Assembly (NCBI GenBank): GCA_002269645.1
Contig: NIVC01000618.1
Location: 1 to 64,000 of the forward strand
Length of the DNA: 64,000 bases
Direction: 5' to 3'
Source: Macrostomum lignano
Taxonomy: Eukaryota
Position numbers and translations under genes: made by a program. The notes under the pieces are model-generated. The model worked only from the letters and a program-made list of their open reading frames with translations, was not told the origin of the DNA and searched no databases. This document shows positions 58,273 through 64,000 of this stretch, piece by piece (position 1 is the stretch's first letter; every line of letters starts with the position of its first letter).

Positions 58273-61200
58273 GCTGTCTATCTACCTGGCTGCCTGTCTA
58301 CCTGGCTGCCTGTCTACCTGTCTATTTACCTGTCTGTCCACCTATCAGTCTACCTGCCTGTCTATTTGCTTGTCTACCTGCCTGTCGATCTGTCTATCTA
58401 CATGCCTATCTACCTGTCTGTCTACATGTCTACCTGTCTATTTAAATGCCTATCTACCTGTCTGTATTTGTATCTATCTACATGTCTATTTACATATATT
58501 ACTATTCGATAATCTATCCATCAAACTATCTATCTACCTGTCAGTCTACATGACTGTATACATGTGCATTTACATGTCAATCTACATAGATACTGCTATC
58601 AATCAAACTATCAGTCCAACAATGGTAGGACAGTCTCATAAAACCTGTCTAACAGCGCAGCAGTCTATGACCAAGACCCACTCACTATTGGGATCATCTG
58701 AAATATGAAACGGTGGGCGCATAAGTAGATAAACGTAAAAAAGCTTAGTACTCGTAATAAAAATTTGCACAGCTACAAACAGTGACAAACCTTTCGAGCC
58801 CCTGGTCCGAGCTTCCACAAGCGTCTCAAAGTGAAGATTGCCCTTCAGTGCCGTAATGCAGATGAAGTAGCGAGTGTTGGGCTCTGAAAAAGATAAAATG
58901 TTTATATTACTACTTATTACCGGCTTGTCAGTAGTGCATTCAGAATATTACGTTTGCAAAAGGTGCAGAAAGGCTAAGTGGCATATAAATTATATTCCAA
59001 TTTTATATTGATAGTGTATTCACCTTAGCTAAAGACGCCCTCAACAGGCACTTCGATAAAACAAACATAATTGAATATCAGATATGCTCGCCTAAACCGT
59101 GTAGCCTAATCAGCTGCGTCGGAGGAAATGCCACGGCCAGACGGGCACACAACAGCTGACAGGTAAGAAAAGCAACAATTGCAACAATCTCAGCGCAATC
59201 TGCCTGCTTTTGTGGCATTTCTTCTGCTGCGCTTTTTCAAGGCTAAGGCCAACCTTCTGACACCCGGCAGCAAGCAAGAGGAACAGAGATCGTCAGAGGG
59301 AAAGCAAAACTACAAATATTACTGCTAGCTTGGCAAAACTATGCGCGTATTTTTCTTCCGTGGCAACAGACAGCTGGGGGGGGGGTAAATTTTATATCTG
59401 GACAGCTCGATCTCTGGATGCAGTAGCGGCAGAGTGTGAAGGAGGGAATTGTAAGCATGCAGAGAGAGATGTGAGATAACAGTGGGTTATTTCAAGCCTC
59501 CTCTTAGCTCATCAGCTATAAATATGTGTTCATTTCTCACTGCAATTTGCGTCACAATGCCCAAGCTTAGACTGGTGAAGGAGACAGTTGAGAGTTATGG
59601 CTAGAGTTGCAGTAAAGCTAAATGGAATCTCGGCTTGGCTCTGCTCGTGCAATTAACGGCCTTGAGAGCCAACCCCCCAAGGCACAGTGAAGTGTACATG
59701 CCTAACGATAAATAAAGATAGGGCCGCTGTACACTCCTGTGTGAGTGTGTGCCTGCGTACATATCCACGCGCTTGTATGCCTGCTCAGGGGAGTCATGCC
59801 TCTGGCTTAAAGTGCGCCACCATGGATGCACAAGATTACCCCGATTAAAAAGACAGTTTTGATATTTTAATAAATCTACTGAACTTAAAGAATTAAGTTG
59901 AGACTTTGTTAGTACCAGAGTTGATCTAAAATCAAGGTTTGTGTTTCGCCTCAGCTCTCTTCTCATCTGGTATAGCACAGCATCTGGTATAGCACGGAAA
60001 CTCCAGATTACCAACCCGATGAGTCAGCTTTCCAACTCCAAAAAACTTCCAAATCATATGGAGAGAATTGTATCAAAAAACTAGAAAATGCGCGCTTTGA
60101 AGAAAATCCAATAAACAGCAATCTTTTATAAAGATGGAAAAGTTGAAAAGCACCAGTTTATGTAGGTCGTTATGCAAAATGTCATCTATGAAAATTCAAG
60201 ACTAGAAGGTTTTATCGCTAAAGGGAGAAGCTAAGAACTATTCTAATCCAACCCTATACAAAGCAAGCAATCAATAATGAGCAAGGCCCATGGCAAACAG
60301 CACACACACAGAGGTACACAGGTAACACTGCTATAGAGTGTCTAGAGCTTTTGAACATTTGCCGACAATATCAAGGGAAGGGGTATATTGGGTTGGGATT
60401 TGGGGAGCCGAGAAGGGAGGCCATCGTAAACTAGGCCATTGTTAGCTTAGCAGGGACTGACTCTGTCTCTAATAAAGCTCATTCTTGCTCTGGCGCTAGT
60501 AGTTCCTAAAAAAAGGGGATATCCAAAATTGGGATCAGACGGTCCGACACCGGCTGACTAGGCAAAGAGAAATCATATATTACCTTAGCTCAACTGCTAA
60601 CTGCATGCCAACAAACACACACACACACACACAGGTAAATAAAATAATTAAACTTTTCTTTCTAAGAAACAATTAGTAAACCTCTATGCATGATCTTCAT
60701 CAATCTAAACCCTGCCACTGCTTCACGCAAGCGACCAGTCATTCCCCGCAAGGCGCGATCGCTGATTCCTCTTATTATAACCTACTAATGGTCAATTCAT
60801 TCACTTGGCCTTCCGGCTGAGTCATAGCTGAACCCGCAAAGGGCCAGCCGCCGACCAGCAGGAGCCACCGCTGCGATAAGATATATGTGCATATATGAGT
60901 GTATTAGATATATGTGTATACAGTATATACACATATAAATCTATCTCATATATCCCGTCATGTACATGCAGATCCATCCCATCACATAGATTTGATAATC
61001 TAGATACCATCCATCCAGATCCCATGCATCCCGTCATCTAGATCCCATCTATCCCGTCATCTAGATCCCATCTATCCCATCATCTAGATCCCATCTATCC
61101 CATCATCTAGATCCCATCTATCCCGTCATCTAGATCCCATCTATCCCATCATCTAGATCCCATCTATCCCATCATCTAGATCCCATCTATCCCGTCATCT

Positions 61201-63078
61201 AGATCCCATCTATCCTACCATCTAGATCTCATTTATCCCATCATCTAGATCCCATCTATCCCGTCATCTAGATCCCATATATCCCATCATCTAGATCCCA
61301 TCTATCCCATTATCTAGATCCCATCTATCCCATCATCTAGATCCCATCTATCCCGTCATTCAGTTAATATATATCCCATTATCAAGACCCCATTATCAAG
61401 GTCCCACCACCAAGATCCCATCATCGAGATTCGATCCTCAAGATCCCATCACCAAGCTCCCACTCACTCAGATTGATGATCTGGAAGGTGTCCCGGTTGC
61501 CGGGGATTTCGCCAGCCACCCTCTCCTTAGCAACATGAGCGCCGTAGGTGATGATGTACTTGTCTGGCAGCACGTGAGACGGCCGGATCCATGACAGCAG
61601 GATGGAGTCCGGCTTGCCAATGGGTATCAGCTCTTTAATCCGTAGCTGTTCGGCCAGCGCCTCCGTGGGGGCCGATTGGCGATTTGTAGAATCCGCCATA
61701 GTTCCGGAATTAATCGATAGGTCTGCAAATTTTGGCGCGAATTTAAATTTCAAAATGTACTAAACTCCAGAATTGAATATCAAACAAACACTGGAAAAGC
61801 CCACAATAGTTGACAAGCAGAATTTTATAGTCAAGAGTCACAGGATCACCTAAGCGTCAAGCAAGCAACTGGAGTCAGAATGTTCCACAGAGCGAACCAG
61901 TTGGAGGCAATAAACAGAGGCAGCAAATGTTTTTATTGTTATTATCATAGCATCCTGTCTAGCGGGGACACGGCAATTCTAAACTGCTGCAATGCGTTCA
62001 GCATGATTTCAAACCCGTGATTTCGTATAAAATTCGACTAGAGTTCGGGTGAAGGGGTTAGCGACAAGGTGGCAGCGCATTGAGGACTTTATTATGCTAG
62101 AAGGACCTGGGCTCGACTCCAAATGTCAGGGGCACCAAATGAGGTGTCAGGTGAACCAAATCAAATGTCAGGTGAGCCAAATTAAATGTCAGGTGAACCA
62201 AATGAGGTGTCAGGGGGAGCCAAATGAAGTGTCAGGGGAGCCAAATGAGGTGTCAGGGGAGCCAAATGAGGTGTCAGGGGAGCCAAATGAGGTGTCAGGG
62301 GGAGCCAAATGAGGTGTCAGGGGAGCCAAATCAAATGTCAGGTGAGCCAAATCAAGTGTCAGATGAGCCAAATTAAATGTCAGGTGAACCAAATCAAATG
62401 TCAGGGGAGCCAAATCAAATGTCAGGTGAGCCAAATGAGGTGTCAGGGGAGCCAAATGAGGTGTCAGGGGAGCCAAATGAGGTGTCAGGGGAGCCAAATG
62501 AGGTGTCAGGGGGAGCCAAATGAGGTGTCAGGGGAGCCAAACCAGATGTGGGATTGCAGAGTGCTAAAATCCGAGCTCCCAACTCACAGGCGTTCCGGTG
62601 GCCAGTGTCGAACGGCAGCCAGTCGGTGAAGGCGCCAACAAAGCCGGCGGCAGTGCGAGCGGCCACGCGGACAAGAAACCGCCGCTTAGCAGGCAGGCCC
62701 GGCGGCAGCTGGCATTCAAGGCCGGCCACGGTCAGCAGCCGCTGTTCATTGTTGTCGTCGTCATCTTCAACGGTTGCAGCCGGTCGATAAGCGACAATAT
62801 AGTCGGCAATCTCGGAGTCGGCCGCAGACTGTGGCGGTTGCCAGGCAACGTGCACAACGCCGTCTCGAGACCAGGCGGTGAGGCCGGACGGCGGAGCGAT
62901 ATTAGGTTGGCCGAGGCCGATTACTAGGCTGGCCGACGGGGAGAACCGGCCGTCCGGGCCAAGGATTCTAGCCGACAGGCGATTCGTCGAGCGGCCGATG
63001 GGCAGATCGGCCAATGTGGCCGAGCAGCTGGCCGAGGTGACGGCCGGGCCGCTGCTGGGTGGAGGCTGAAGTCGCAGT
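53468..63078 (-). CDS. fra: Netrin receptor frazzled/DCC/neogenin/UNC-40, 3' half (FN3 repeats, TM, P1-P3); complement join(53468..53563,54055..54311,54994..55689,55780..55833,56574..57215,58791..58883,61468..61722,62588..63078); continues beyond the window
   Basis: All junctions are phase-consistent. FN3 repeats match DCC FN3-FN6, e.g. [19 protein letters not shown]...[44 protein letters not shown]1-like [15 protein letters not shown]3 terminal exon [28 protein letters not shown]. Confidence 0.93.
53690..53880. repeat. 20-bp minisatellite (GGGGTGTCAGAGGGATCCAT)n
   Basis: In the last fra intron. Confidence 0.85.
54345..54955. repeat. 24-bp minisatellite (GCCACTCCCTCTACTCAGAGCATT)n
   Basis: Period 24; fills intron 54993-54312. 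Confidence 0.95.
55870..56555. repeat. 21-bp minisatellite (AATCCCAACCAGATTCACAAG)n
   Basis: Fills intron 56573-55834; source of the spurious NLVGILV extension. Confidence 0.95.
57238..58280. repeat. (GTCT)n microsatellite of about 1 kb with recurrent AGCT interruptions
   Basis: Degenerate CTAT/CTAC tail continues to about 58620. Confidence 0.97.
59601..60014 (-). mobile_element. Degenerate non-LTR retrotransposon (RTE/R4-like) reverse-transcriptase thumb fragment in a fra intron
   Basis: [22 protein letters not shown]...LGGLAL resembles my recollection of the RTE/R4-clade motif RKxLTMxxxxHPKSDVDRLYLPRxxGGRGL. No splice signals fit it into fra. Confidence 0.4.
61010..61355. repeat. 23-bp minisatellite (CTAGATCCCATCTATCCCATCAT)n
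   Basis: Period 23. Confidence 0.93.
62122..62545. repeat. 21-bp minisatellite (GTGTCAGGGGAGCCAAATGAG)n with an ATCAAATGTCAGGTG variant
   Basis: Period 21. Confidence 0.92.
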
Positions 63079-63149
63079 CTAGAAGGGAGAAAGTGTAAGC
63101 GTTTGAACTGATGAAGACCGCGAACGTCTATCAGCTGATGATAAGCACA

Positions 63150-63475
63150 GATGCTTCAGTGGGTGACTACACCCCTACCGGATGCTTCAGTGGGTGACTC
63201 CACCCCTACCGGATGCTTCAGTGGGTGACTCCACCCCTACCGGATGCTTCAGTCAGTGTGTGACTCCACCCCTACCGGATGCTTCAGTGGGTGACTCCAC
63301 CCCTACCGGATGCTTCAGTGGGTGACTCCACCCCTACCGGATGCTTCAGTGGGTGACTCCACCCCTACCGGATGCTTCAGTGGGTGACCACCCCTACCGG
63401 ATGCTTCAGTGGGTGACTCCAACCCTACCGGATGCTTCAGTGGGTGACTCTACCCCTACCGGATGCTTTATTGGG
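63150..63475. repeat. 31-bp minisatellite (GGATGCTTCAGTGGGTGACTCCACCCCTACC)n
   Basis: Period 31; ends about 70 nt before the 63079 acceptor in the sense direction. Confidence 0.93.
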
Positions 63476-64000
63476 TGAAATCAAAGGTTTCAATGCTTGT
63501 AAAAGTCAGGTTTAAGTTCAGCTTTTTGTTGTCCAACCAATGTCGGAATGAACAAAATAAAGACGTGGCTGGTGGCCGGCACACAGGCAGGAGGGCACAG
63601 ATAAATGGCAGTGTGGGAAATCTCCCTGAAGGGACCGCAGCCGCTACCCCCTCTCCTTGCCCTGTGCCACCGGAAACCGGCATTATTTCCTCATTTTCCA
63701 CTTTCCCGCCAGCGCGACCCGGCCGAGCCCACAGAAACTCGACGCCAATCTGGCTGGGAATTTTATCCCATCCCCAACCCCCACTTCACTCCCCGCTCAG
63801 CCAAGCGCTCAATAATTCTCTAGCCCCACTAGTCTCGGGCCTCCCAAATCACTTGAAGTCGATTTAGCTGCAACCATATCAGGCTGCAATGGCAGCAGAA
63901 ACACTGCTAGCTTTGGTTTATCGCAATCAATTTCTCCCTACCACCCCCTGTTTTCCCCAGATTCCTTCATCAACCATCTAATTTCCACTCAAGCAGCCAG

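Overview
Eukaryotic invertebrate genomic DNA: spliced genes with GC3-rich exons in AT-rich or minisatellite-filled introns. The style suggests a free-living flatworm such as Macrostomum, but that is an inference. There are no prokaryotic features, CRISPR arrays or rRNA. Gene models were built by hand from GT-AG junctions and checked for phase. They are: a partial innexin with two apparent frameshifts; an orphan 2-exon gene; purple acid phosphatase ACP7; an orphan type II membrane protein gene threaded through many tandem arrays; a calmodulin-like gene; a complete 7-exon, 911-aa protein with two GPR158/179-like Cache+EGF modules, a polybasic furin site and a GPI-like tail but no 7TM; two tandem CD164/porimin-like sialomucins, one with a 30-copy coding VNTR of N-glycosylation sequons; a C2H2 zinc-finger gene; and the 3' half of a frazzled/DCC/neogenin gene. 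About 25 distinct micro/minisatellite arrays are present and explain most long ORFs in the six-frame track. There are also a foldback-like element, a tRNA-derived SINE and a non-LTR retrotransposon relic.
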